NCBI GenBank assembly: GCA_026770705.1
Contig: JANJGN010000035.1
Span: 10,912,001 to 10,976,000 of the forward strand
Source of the DNA: Isurus oxyrinchus
Lineage: Eukaryota
Reading direction: 5' to 3'
DNA length: 64,000 bases
This document shows, one piece after another, positions 24,255-37,143 of the stretch. The notes below the pieces were generated by a model that was given only the letters and a program-made list of their open reading frames with translations, had not been told where the DNA came from and ran no database searches. A program made the position numbers and the translations under genes. The stretch's first letter is position 1. Each line of letters begins with the position of its first letter.

Positions 24255-25246
24255 CCCCTGCACCTGTTTACCCAGGGTCTCTTTTCATCTGCACCTCTTT
24301 AGCCAGGGTCTCTTTTCATCTGCAACTCTTTACCCAGGGTCTCTTTTCATCTGCACCTGTTTACCCAGGGTCTCTTTTCATCTGCACCTGTTTACCCAGC
24401 GTCTCTTTTCATCTGCACCTGTTTACCCAGGGTCTCTTTTCATCTGCACCTCTTTAGCCAGGGTCTCTTTTCATCTGCAACTCTTTACCCAGGGTCTCTT
24501 TTCATCTGCACCTGTTTACCCAGGGTCTCTTTTCATCTGCACCTGTTTACCCAGGGTCTCTTTTCATCTGCACCTGTTTACCCAGGGTCTCTTTTCATCT
24601 GCACCTCTTTACCCAGGGTCTCTTTTCATCTGCACCTCTTTACCCAGGGTCTCTTTTCATCTGCACCTCTTTACCCAGGGTCTCTTTTCCCCTGCACCTG
24701 TTTACCCAGGGTCTCTTTCCATCTGCACCTGTTTACCCAGGGTCTCTTTTCCCCTGCACCTGTTTACCCAGGGTCTCTTTTCATCTGCACCTGATTACAC
24801 AGGGTCTCTTTTCATCTGCACCTCTTTACCCAGGGTCTCGTTTCATCTGCACCTGTTTACCCAGGGTCTCTTTTCATCTGCACCTGTTTACCCAGGGTCT
24901 CTTTTCCCCTGCACCTGTTTACCCAGGGTCTCTTTTCCCCTGCACCTGTTTACCCAGGGTCTCTTTCCATCTGCACCTGTTTACCCAGGGTCTCTTTTCA
25001 TCTGCACCTGTTTACCCAGGGTCTCTTTTCATCTGCACCTGTTTACCCAGGGTCTCTTTTCCCCTGCACCTGTTTACCCAGGGTCTCTTTTCCCCTGCAC
25101 CTGTTTACCCAGGGTCTCTTTTCATCTGCACCTGTTTACCTAGGGTCTCTTTTCCCCTGCACCTGTTTACCCAGGGTCTCTTTTCCCCTGCACCTGTTTA
25201 CCCAGGGTCTCTTTTCCCCTGCACCTGTTTACCCAGGGTCTCTTTT
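24255..25246 (+). repeat. TGCAC-variant sub-array, 32 units
   Basis: 992 bp = 32 x 31. Confidence 0.93.
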
Positions 25247-28200
25247 GCCTCGGCCTCTTTAACCAGTGGCTCTTTCCCAATGGGTCTCTGTAACCTTGGT
25301 CTCTTTTCAGCTGGGCCACATTACCCAGGGTCTCTTTTGTCTCTTTTCAGCTGGGCCACATTACACGGGGTCTCTTTTCCCCTGGGTCTCATTACCCAGT
25401 GTCTCTTTCCCCATGGGTCTATTTAACCTGGGTCTCTATTCTGCTGGGACACTTTACCCTGGCTCTCTTTACCCAGGGCCTCTTTACCAAGGGTCTCTTT
25501 TCCCTGAGAGCCTCCTTACCCAGGGACACTTTTCCCCATGGGCCTCATTACCCAGTGGCTTTCTCTCCATGGGTCTCTTTACCCAGGGTCTATTTTCCGC
25601 TGGGACTCTTTCCCATGGGCCTCCTTACCCAGGTCTCTTTACCCGGGGCCTCATTACCCAGGGTCCCTTTTCCCCTCAGCTTATTTACCCAGAGTCTCTT
25701 TTCCCCTGAGCCTCATTACCCAGTGGCTCTCTCCCCATGAGTCTCTTTACCAAGGGTTTCTTTTCAACAGGGACTCTTTTCCAAGGGTCTCTTTACCCAC
25801 GGCTTCTTTACCCAGGTTCTCTTTTCCCCTGGGCCTCTTTACCCTGGGTTTCATTTCCCCTGGGCCTCTTTACCCAAGGTCACTTTTCCTCTCGGCCTCT
25901 ATGTTCAGAGTGTCTTTTACCTTGGGCCTCATTACTCAGGGTCTATTTTCCCCTCGGCCGCTTTACCCAGATTCTCTTTTCCCCCAGGCCTCATTACCCA
26001 GGGGCTCTCTCCCCATGGGTTTCTTTACCCTGGGTCCCATTTCCAATGGGACAATTTACCCAGTGTCTCAGTTCCCTAGGACTCTTTACCAAGGGTGTCT
26101 TTTCCCCTGGGGCTCTTTACCAGTGTCTCCTTTCCCCTGGGCCTCTTTACCCAGGGTCTCTTTTCCACTGGGCCAATTTAGCAGGATCTCGTTTCCCTGG
26201 GCCTCTTTATTAGGGGTCTCTTTTCATGCGTTCGTCTTTACCCAGGGTCTCTTTTACGAGTGACCTCATTTCCCTTGGTCTCTTTTCCCCTGGGCATCTT
26301 TACGCAGGGTCTCTTTTACCCTGGGCCTCTTTACCCAGGATCTCTTTTCCAAGGGGCCTCTTTACCCCGGGTCTCTTTTACCCTGGGCCTATTTACGGAT
26401 GGTCTCTTTTCCGAGGGGCATCTTTACCCTGAGGCTATTTTCCGCTGGGCCTCTTTTCCCAGGGTCTCTTTTCCCCTGCGCCTATTTACCCTAGGTCTCT
26501 TTTCCTCTCGGCCTCAATATTCAGGGTCTCTTTTACCCTGGGCCTATTTACGGATGGTCTATTTTCCGCTGGGCCTCTTTTCCCAGGGTCTCTTTTCCCC
26601 TGCGCCTATTTACCCTAGGTCTCTTTTCCTCTCGGCCTCAATATTCAGACTCTCTTTTACCTTCGGCCTCATTACGCAGGGTCTCTTTTCCCCTCGGCCT
26701 CTGTACCCAGAGTCTCTTTTCTACCTGGCCTCATTACCCAGGGGTTCTCTCCGCATGGGTCTCTTTACCCAGGGTCTCTTTACCCAGGGCTTCGTTGCCC
26801 AGGGTCTCTTTTCCCTCGGGCCTCTTTACCCAGGGTTTCTTTTCTGAGGGGCCTCTTTACCCAGCGTCTCTTTTCCCCTCGGCCTCTTTACCCTGAGTCT
26901 CTTTTCTACTGGGCCTCATTACCCAGGGGCTCTCTCACCATGGGTCTCTTTAACCAGGGTTTCTTTTCCACTGGGCCTCATTACCCAGGGTCTCTTTACG
27001 CAGGGCCTCATTACCCAGGGTCTCTTTACGCAGGGCCTCATTACCCAGGGTCTCTTTTCCCCTCAGCTTCTTTACCCAGAGTCTCTTTTCCCCTGAGCCT
27101 CATTACCCAGGGGCTCTCTCCGCATGGGTCTCTTTACCCAGGGTCTCTTTACCCAGGGCTTCGTTGCCCAGGGTCTCTTTTCCCTCGGGCCTCTTTACCC
27201 AGGGTTTCTTTTCTGAGGTGCCTCTTTACCCAGAGTCTCTTTTCCCCTGGGCCTCTTTACCCTGGAATTCTTTTCTCCTGGGCCTGTCTACCTAAGGTCT
27301 CTTTTCCTCTTGGCCTCTATATTCAGAGTGTCTTTTACTCTGAGGCCTCATTCCCCAGGGTCTATTTTCCCCTCGGCCTCTTTACCCATTATCTCCTTTC
27401 CCCTGGGCCTCATTACCCAGGGGCTCTCTCCACATGGGTCTCTTTACCCAGGGTCCCATTTACGCTGGGAGAACTAACCTAGGATCTCTTTACTCCGGGC
27501 ATCTTTACCAGCATCTCTTTTCCCCTAGGCCACTTTTCTGAGGGTCTCTATTCCCCTGTGTCTCTTTAACATAGTCCCTTTTCCTGGGCCTCTATATCCA
27601 AGGTCTCTTTTCGGCTAGGCCTCTTTTCCCAGGCTCTCTTTTCCCGTGGGCCGCTATACACAAGGTCTTTTTTCCCTGGGCCTCTTTACCAGTGTCTCCT
27701 TTCCCCTGGGCCTCTTTACCAGTGTCTCCTTTCCCCTGGGCCTCGTTACCAAGGGTCTCTTTTCCCCTGGGCCATTTTACCCTGGGTCACTTTTCCCTGG
27801 GCCTCCTTACCCAGGGTCTCTTTTCCCCTGGGGCAATTTACCGAGTGTCTCTTTTCCCTGGGCCTCTTTACCGAGGGTCTCTATTCTCCTGTTTCTCTTT
27901 GACCAAGGTCTCTTTTCCGAGGTACCTCTTTACCCAGGGTCTCTTTTCCCCTGTGCCTCTTTACCCAGAGTCTCTTTTCCCCTGGGCCTCTTTACACAGG
28001 GTCTCTTTTCCCCTGGGCGTCTTTACCAGTGTCTCCTTTCACCTGGGCCTCTTTACACAGGGTCTCTTTTCCCCTTGGCCTCTTTAACCAGAGTCTCTTT
28101 TCCCCTGGGCCTCATTACCCAGTGTCTCTTTCCCCATGGGTCTATTTACCCTGGGTCTCTATTCTGCTGGGACACTTTACCCATGGTCTCTTTACCCAGG

Positions 28201-31200
28201 GCCTCTTTACCCAGGGTCTCTTTTCCCTGAGGGCCTCCTTACCCAGGGAATCTTTTCCCCTGGGCCTCATTACCCAGGGTCTCTTTTCCCCTCAGCTTCT
28301 TTACCCAGAGTCTCTTTTCCCCATGGGCCTCATTACCCAGTGGCTTTCTCCCCTTGGGTCCCTTTACCCAGGGTCTCTTTTCCGTTGGGACTCTAGACCA
28401 AGGGCCTCCTTACCCAGGGTATCTTTACCCGGGGCCTCATTACCCAGGGTCCCTTTTCCCCTCTGCTTATTTACCCAGAGTCTCTTTCCCCTGGGCCTCA
28501 TTACCCAGTGGCTCTCTCCCCATGGGTCTCTTTACCCAGGGTCTCTTTTCCGCTGGGACTCTTTACCAAGGGCCTCTTTACCCAGGGTTTCTTTTCTGAA
28601 GGGCCTCTTTACACAAAGTCTTTATTCCGCTGGACCTCTTTACCCTGGGTTTCTTTTCCAATGGGCCTGTTTACCCAAGGTCTCTTTTCCTCTCAGCCTC
28701 GATATTCAGAGTGTCTTTTACTTGGAGGCCTCATTACCCAGGGTCTATTTTCCCCTCGGCCTCTTTACCCAGAGTCTCTTTTCCCCTGGGCCTCATTACC
28801 CAGGTGCTCTCTCTACATGGGTCTCCATACCCAGGGTCTCATTTACACTTAAAGAACTTACCCAGGGTCTCTTTACCCAGGGCATCTTTATCCAGGGTCT
28901 CTTATGGCCTGGGCCTCTTTACCAGTGTCTCCTTTCCCCTGTGACTCTTTACCAGTGTCTCTTTTCCCCTGGGCCAATTTACCCAGCTTCTCTTTTCCCT
29001 GGGCCGCTATACTCGGGGTCTCATTTCACCTGTTCCTCTTTACCCTGGGTCTCTTTTACGAGGGACATCTTTTCCCTCGGTCTATTTTCCCCGGGCATCT
29101 TTACCCAGGATCTCTTCTCCCCTGTGTCTATTTTTCCAGGATCTCTTTTCCACTGGGCCTCATTACCCAGGGTCTCTTTTCCCTGCGCCTCTTAACTCAG
29201 GGTCTATTTTCCCCTGGGCCTCTTTACCCTGGGTTTTTTTCCCCTGGGCCTGCTTACCCAAAGTTTCTTTTCCTCTCGGTCTCTATATTGAGAGTATCTT
29301 TTACTCTGAGGTTTCTTACCCACGGTCTATATTCCCCTCGGCCTCTTTACCCTGAGTCTTTCCTACCCCTGGGCCTCATTACCCAGGGGCTCTCTCCACA
29401 TGGGTCTCTTTACCCAGGGTCTCATTTACGCTGGGAGAATTTACCCAGGGTCTCTTTACCCAGGGCATCTTTACCAGCGTCTCTTTTCCCCTAGGCTACT
29501 TTCCGAGGGTCTCTATTCCCCTGTGTCTCTTTAACCAGGGTCCCTTTTCCTGGGCCTCTTTACCCAGGATCTCTTTTCGACTGGGCCTCTTTACCCAGGA
29601 TCTCTTTTCCCCGGGCAAATTTATCCTGGTTATGTTTTCCCTGGGCCGCTATACTCGGGGTCTCATTTCACCTGTTCCTCTTTACCCAGGGTCTCTTTTA
29701 CGAGGGACATCTTTTCCCATGGTCTATTTTCCCCAGGCCTCTTTACCCAGGATATCTTTTCCCCTGTGTCTATTTTCCCAGGATCTCTTTTCCCCTGGGC
29801 CTCATTACCATGGGCCTCTTTTCCCCTGGGCCTCTTTACCCAGGGTCTCTTTTCCCTGGGCCTCTTTACCCAGAGTCTCTTATCCCCTGAGCATCTTTAC
29901 CCAGGGTCTCTTTTCCCCTGCCCCTGTTTACCCAGGGTCTCTCTTCCGTTGGGCCTCTTTACCCAGGATCTCTATTCCCCTTGGCCTCTTTAACCAGAGT
30001 GTTTTTACCCCTGGGACTCATTACCCAGTGGCACTATCCCCATGGGTCTCTTTACCCTGGGTCCCTTTTCCGCTGGGCCTCTTTAGCCAGGGTCTCTTTA
30101 CACAGGGCCTCTTTACCCAAGGTCTCTATTCCCTGTGGGCCTCCTTACCCAGGGACTCTTTTCCCCTAGGCCTCTTTACCCAGGGTTTCCTTTCCCCTGG
30201 GCCTATTGACCCAGGGTCACTTTTCTCCTCAGACACTTTACCCGGGGTTACTTTCCATCTGGGCCTCTTTATCCAGGGTCTCTTGTCCTCTTGGCCTATT
30301 TACCAGGGTCTCTTTACCTCTGGGCCTATTTACCCAGGGTCTCTTTTCTGAGGGGCATCTTTACCCCGAGACTATTTTACCCTGGGCCCCTTTTCCCTGG
30401 GTTTCTTTACTCCTGGGCCTGTTTACCCTAGGTCTCTTTTCCTCTCGGCCTCTATATTCAGAGTGTCTTTTACCCTGGGCCTCATTACCCAGGGTCTGTT
30501 TTCCACTCGGCCTCTTTACCCTCAGTCTGTTTTCCTCTGGGCCTCTTTACCCAGGGTCTCATTTCCCCTGGGCCTCTTTACGCAGGGTCTCTTTTCCCCT
30601 GGGCCTCTTCACCCAGGGTATCTTTTCCAAGGGGCCTCTTTACCCAGGGTCTCTTTTCCAAGGGGCCTCTTTACCTGGGGTCTCTTTTTCACTGGGCCTA
30701 TTTATGCATGGTCTCTTTTCCAAGGGGCCTCTTTACCCCGGGTCTCTTTTACCCTGAGCCTATTTAAGCATGGTCTCTTTTCCAAGGGGCCTCTTTACCC
30801 TGAGTCTATTTTCCGCTGGGCCTCTTTTCCCAGGGTTTCTTTTCCCCTGGGCCTGTTTATCCTAGGTCTCTTTTCCTCTCGGCCTCAATATTCAGAGTCT
30901 CTTTTACCCTGGGCCTCATTAAATAGGGGCTTCTTTCCCCTTGACCTCTTTACGCAGAGTCTCTTTTCCACTGGGCCTCATTACCCAGGGTCTCTCTCCC
31001 CATGGGTCACTTTACCCAAGGTTTCTTTTCTGAGGGGCCTCTTTACCCAGGGTCTCTTTTCCACTGGGACAATTTAGCATGATTTCTTTTCCCTGGGCCT
31101 CCTTATTAGCGGTCGCTTTTCACGTGTTCCTCTTTACCCAGGATTTCTTTTATGAGGGGCCTCTTTTCCCAGGGTCTCTTACCCCCTGGGCCTCTTTACC

Positions 31201-34200
31201 CAGGGTCTCATTTCCCCTGGGCCTCTTTACGCAGGGTTTCTTTTCCAAGGGGCCTCTTTACCCAGGGTTTCTTTTCCAAGGGGCCTCTTTACCCAGGGTC
31301 TCTTTTCCAAGGGGCCTCTTTACCCGGGGTCTCTTTTACCCTGGGCCTATTTATGCATGGTCTCTTTTCCAAGGAGCCTCTTTACCCCGGGTCTCTTTTA
31401 CCCTGAGCCTATTTAAGCATGGTCTCTTTTCCAAGGGGCCTCTTTACCCTGAGTCTATTTTCCGCTGAGCCTCTTTTCCCAGGGTTTCTTTTCCCCTGGG
31501 CCTGTTTACCCTAGGCCTCTTTTCTTCTCGGCCTCAATATTCAGAGTCTCTTTTACCCTGGGCCTCATTAAATAGGGGCTTCTTTCCCCTTGACCTCTTT
31601 ACACAGAGTCTCTTTTCCACTGGGCCTCATTACCCAGGGTCTCTCTCCCCATGGGTCACTTTACCCGGGGTCTCATTTACGCTGGGAGAATTTACCCAGG
31701 GTCTCTTTACCCAAGGTTTCTTTTCTGAGGGGCCTCTTTACCCAGCGTCTCTTTTCCCCTCGGCCTCTTTACCCTGAGTCTCTTTTCCACTGGGCCTCAT
31801 TATCCAGGGTCTCTTTACGCAGGGCCTCATTACCCAGGGTCTCTTTTCCCCTCAGCTTCTTTACCCAGAGTCTCTTTTCCCCTGAGCCTCATTACCCAGG
31901 GGCTCTCTCCACATGGGTCTCTTTACCCAGGGTGTCTTTACCCAGGGCTTCATTGCCCAGGGTCTCTTTTCCCTCGGGCCTCTTTACCCAGGGTTTCTTT
32001 TCTGAGGTGCCTCTTTACCCAGAGTCTCTTTTCCCCTGGGCCTCTTTACCCTGGAATTCTTTTCTCCTGGGCCTGTCTACCCAAGGTCTCTTTTCCTCTT
32101 GGCCTCTATATTCAGAGTGTCTTTTACTCTGAGGCCTCATTCCCCAGGGTCTATTTTCCCCTCGGCCTCTTTACCCATTATCTCCTTTCCCCTGGGCCTC
32201 ATTACCCAGGGGCTCTCTCCACATGGGTCTCTTTACCCAGGGTCTCATTTACGCTGGGAGAACTAACCTAGGATCTCTTTACTCCGGGCATCTTTACCAG
32301 CGTCTCTTTTCCCCTAGGCCACTTTTCTGAGGGTCTCTATTCCCCTGTGTCTCTTTAACATAGTCCCTTTTCCTGGGCCTCTATATCCAAGGTCTCTTTT
32401 CGGCTGGGCCTCTTTACCCAGGCTCTCTTTTCCCGTGGGCCGCTATACACAAGGTCACTTTTCCCTGGGCCTCCTTAACCAGGGTCTCTTTTCCCCTGGG
32501 GCAATTTACCGAATGTCTCTTTTCCCTGGGCCTCTTTACCAAGGGTCTCTATTCCCGTGTTTCTCTTTAACCAAGGTCTCTTTTCTGAGGTACCTCTTTA
32601 CCCAGAGTCTCTTTTCCCCTGTGCCTCTTTACCCAGAGTCTCTTTTCCACTGGGCCTCATTACCCAGGGTCTCTCTCCCCATGGGTCACTTTACCCAGGG
32701 TCTCATTTACGCTGGAAGAATTTACCCAGGGTCTCTTTACCCAAGGTTTCTGAGGGGCCTCTTTACCCAGCGTCTCTTTTCCCCTCGGCCTCTTTACCCT
32801 GAGTCTCTTTTCCACTGGGCCTCATTACCCAGGGTCTCTTTACGCAGGGCCTCATTACCCAGGGTCTCTTTTCCCCTCAGCTTCTTTACCCAGAGTCTCT
32901 TTTCCCCTGAGCCTCATTACCCAGGGGCTCTCTCCGCATGGGTCTCTTTACCCAGGGTCTCTTTTACCCCGGGCCTTTTTACCCAGGGTCTCTTTTCCAC
33001 TAGGACTCTTTACCCAGGGTCTCTTTACCCAGGGCTTCTTTACCCAGGGTCTCTTTTCCCCTGGGCCTCTTTACCCAGGGTCTCTTTTTCGATGAGCCTC
33101 TTTAACCAGAGTCTCTATTCCCCTGGGTCTTTTGACCCTGTGTTTCTTTTCCCCTCGGCCCGTTTACCCAGGGTCTCTGTTCCTCTCGGCCTCTATATTC
33201 AGATTGTCTTTTAACTTGGGCCTCATTACCCAGCGTCTATTTTCCCCTCGGCCGCTTTACCCAGAGTCTCTTTTCCCCTGGGCCTAATAACCAGTGTCTC
33301 CTTTCCCCTAGGCCTCTTTACCCAGGGTCTCTTTTCCCCTGGGCCTCTTTACCAGTGTCTCCTTTCCCCTGGGCCTCTTTACCAGTGTCTCCTTTCCCCT
33401 GGGCCTCTTTACCCAGGGTCTCTTTTCCATTGGGCCAATTTAGCAGGGTCTCTTTTCCCTGGGCCTCTTTACTTTGGCTCTCTTTTCAGGTGTTCCTCTT
33501 TACCCAGGGTCTGTTTTACGAAGGACCTCTTTTCCCACGGTCTCTTTTCCCCTCGTCCTCTTTACCCAGGGTCTATTTTCCCCTGGGCCTCTTTAGCCAG
33601 GTTCTTTTTTTCCGACTGGCCTCTTTACCCAGTGTCTCTTGTCCCCTGTGCATCTTTACCCAGTGTCTCTTGTCCCCTGCGCCTGTTAACTCAGAGTCTC
33701 TTTTCCCCTCGGCCTCTTTAATCAATCGCTCTTTCCCCATGGGTCTCTTTACCCTGGGTCTCTTTTCCGCTGGGACCCTTTAGCCAGGGTCTCTTTACCC
33801 CAGGGCCTCTTTACACAGGGTCTCTATACCCTGTGGGCCTCCTTACCCTGGGTCTCTTTTTCCCTGGGCCTCGTTACCCTGGATCTCTTTTTCCCTGGGC
33901 CTCGTTACCCTGGATCTCTTTTTCCCTGGGCCTCTTTACCCAGGGTCTGTTTTCCCTTGGGCCTATTCACCCAGGATCACTTTTCTCCTCGGACTCTTTG
34001 CTCGGTGTTACTTTTCACTGAGGCCCCTTTACCCAGGGTCTCATTTACGAGGGACATCTTTTCCCATGGTCTATTTTCCCCGAGCCTCTTTACTCAGCGT
34101 CTCTTTACCCCTGGGCCTAATTTACCCAGGGTCTCTTTTCCGAGGAGTGTCTTTACCCCGATTCTATTTTCCCCTGTACGTCTTTTCCCAGGGTTTCTTT

Positions 34201-36995
34201 TCCCCTTGCGCTGTTTACCTTGGGTCTCTTTTCCTCTCGGCCTCAATATTCAGAATGTCTTTTACCCTGGGCCTTATTACCCAGGGGCTCTTTTCCCCTC
34301 GGCTGCTTTACACAGAGTGTCTTTTCCACTGTTTCTCATTACCCAGGGGCTCTCTCCCCATGGGTCTGTTTACCTAGGGTCTCTTTTCCACTGGGACTCT
34401 TTACCCAGGGGTCTCTTTACCCAGGGCATCTTTACCCAGGTTCACTTTTCCCCTGGGCCTCTTTACCCAGGGTTTCTATTCCACTGGCTCTCTTTAACCA
34501 AGGTCCCTTTTCCTGGGCCACTTTACCCAGATTCTCTTTTCCCCTGGGCCTCATTTCCCAGGGGCTCTCTGCCCATGGGTTTCTTTCCCCAGGGTCCAAT
34601 TTCTGCTGGGACAATTTACCCAGAGTCTCTTTTCCCTAGGCCTCTTTACCCAGGGTCTCTTTTCCCCTGGGCCTCTTTACCAGTGTCTCCTTTCCCCTGG
34701 GCCTCTTTACCAGTGTCTCCTTTCCCCTGGGCCTCTTTACCCAGGGTCTCTTTTCCACTGGGCCAATTTAGCAGGATCTCTTTTCCCTGGGCCTCTTTAC
34801 TTTGGCTCTCTTTTCTGGTGTTCCTCTTTACCCAGGGTCTGTTTTACGAGGGACCTCTTTTCCCACGGTCTCTTTTCCCCTGGGCCTCTTTACCCAGGAT
34901 CTCTTTTGCAATGTGCCTCTTTACCCAGGATTTTTTTTCCCCTGGGCCTCTTTAGCCAGGTTCTATTTTTCCGACTGTCCTCTTTACCCAGTGACTCTTA
35001 CCCCCAGTGCATCTTTACCCAGGGTCTCTTTTCCCCTGCGCCTGTTTACCCAGGGTCTCTTTCCCCTGTCCTATTCACCCAGGGTCACTTTTCTCCTCGG
35101 AATCTTTACCCGGGGTTATTTTTCAACTGGGCCTCTTTATCCAGGGTCTCTTTTCCCCTGGGCCTCTTTACCCAGGGTCTCTTTACCCCTGGACCTCTTT
35201 ACCCAGGGTCTCTTTACCCCTGGACCTATTTACCCAGGGTCTCTTTTCCGAGGGGCATCTTTACCCCGAGTCTATTTTACCCTGGGCCCCTTTTCCCAGA
35301 GTTTCTTTGCCCCTGGGCCTCTTTACCCAGGGTTTCTTTCCCCTGGGCCTGTTAACCCAAGGTCTCTTTTCCTCTCGGCCTCTATATTCAGAGTGTTTTT
35401 TTCCCTGGGTTTCATTACCCAGGGTCTCTTGTCCCATCGGCCTCTTTACCCGGAGTCTATTTTCCGCTGTGCCTCATTAACCTGTGGCTCTCTCTCCATG
35501 TGTCTCTTCACCAAGGGTCTCTTTTCCACTAGGACTCTTTACCCAGGGTCTCTTTACCCAGGGCTTCTTTACCCAGGGTCTCTTTTCCCCCGGGCCTTTT
35601 TACCCAGGGTCTCTTTTTCGATGGGCCTCTTTAACCAGAGTCTCTATTCCCCTGGGTCTTTTGACCCTGTGTTTCTTTTCCCCTTGGACTGTTTACCTTA
35701 GGTCTCTTTTCCTCTCGGCCTCAATATTCAGAGTTGCTTTTCCCCTGGGCCTCATTAGCCAGGGGTTATTTTCCTCTCGGCCTCTTTACCCAGAGTTTCT
35801 TTTCCCCTGGGCCCCATTACCCAGGGGCTCTCTCCCCATGGGTCTCAATACCCAGGGTCTCATTTCCGCTGGGACAATTTACCCAGGGTCTTTTATCGCA
35901 GGGCATATTTACCCAGGGTCTCTTTTCCCCTGGGCCACTTTTCCGAGGGTTCTATTCCCCTGTGTCTCTTTAACCAGGGTCTCTTTTCCTGGGCATCTTT
36001 ACTCAAGGTCTCTTTTCCCCTGGGCCTCTTTACCATTGTCTACTTTCCCCTGGGCCTCTTTACCATTGTCTACTTTCCCCTGTGTCTCTTTACCAGTGTC
36101 TCCTTTCCCCTGTGTCTCTTTACCAGTGTCTCCTTCCCCTGGGCCAATTTAGCCAGGTTCTCTTTTCCCTGGGCCGCTATACTCGGGGTCTCATTTCACC
36201 TGTTCCTCGTTACACTGGGTCTCTTTTACGAGAGACATCTTTTCCCTCGGTCTATTTTCCCCGGGCCTCTTTACCCAGGATCTCTTTTTCCCTGTGTCTA
36301 TTTTCCCAGGATCTCTTTTCCCCTGGGCCTGATTACCATGGGTCTCTTTTCCCCTGGGCCTCTTTACCCAGGGAATCTTTTCCCCTGGGCCTCATTACCA
36401 TGGGTCTCTTATCCCCTGGGCCTCTTTACCCAGGGTCTCTTTTCCCCTGGGACTCTTTACCCAGGGTCTCTTTTCCCCTGGGCCTCTTTACCCAGGGTCT
36501 TTTCCCCTTGGACTCTTTACCCAGGGTCTTTTTCCTCTGGGCCTATTCATCCACGGTCACTTTTATCCTGGGACTTTTTACCTGGGGTTACTTTTCACCT
36601 GGGCCTATTTATCCACGGTCTATTTTCCCGTGGCCTCTTTTCATAGGGCCTCTTTACCCCTGGCACTCTTTACCCAGGATCTCTTTTCCCCTGGGCCTAT
36701 TTACCCAGGGTCTCTTTTCCGAGGGGCATCTTTACCCCGATTCTATTTTCCCCTGTACGTTTTTTCCCAGGGTTTCTTTTCCCCTTGGCCTGTTTACCTT
36801 AGGTCTCTTTTCCTCTTGGCCTCAATATTCAGAGTTTCTTTTCCCCTGGGCCTCATTAGCCAGGGTCTCTTTTCCCCTGGGCCACTTTTCCGAGGGTTCT
36901 ATTCCCCTGTGTCTCTTTAACCAGGGTCTCTTTTCCTGGGCATCTTTACTCAAGGTCTCTTTTCCCCTGGGCCTCTTTCCCCAAGGTCTCTATTC

Positions 36996-37143
36996 CCCTG
37001 GGCCTCTTTACCAGTGTCTCCTTTCCCCTGTGTCTCTTTACCAGTGTCTCCTTTCCCCTGTGTCTCTTTACCAGTGTTTCCTTTCCCCTGTGTCTCTTTA
37101 CCAGTGTCTCCTTTCCCCTGTGTCTCTTTACCAGTGTCTCCTT
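36996..37143 (+). repeat. 30-bp variant sub-array (CCCTGTGTCTCTTTACCAGTGTCTCCTTTC), ~5 units
   Basis: 30-bp period visible in the listing; minus ORF 36950..37147 repeats KGDTGKETQG. Confidence 0.88.

Noticed and set aside
11841-25246. CRISPR array (31-bp palindromic repeats)
   Set aside because: Repeats are directly tandem with no unique spacers, there are no cas genes, and the context is eukaryotic.
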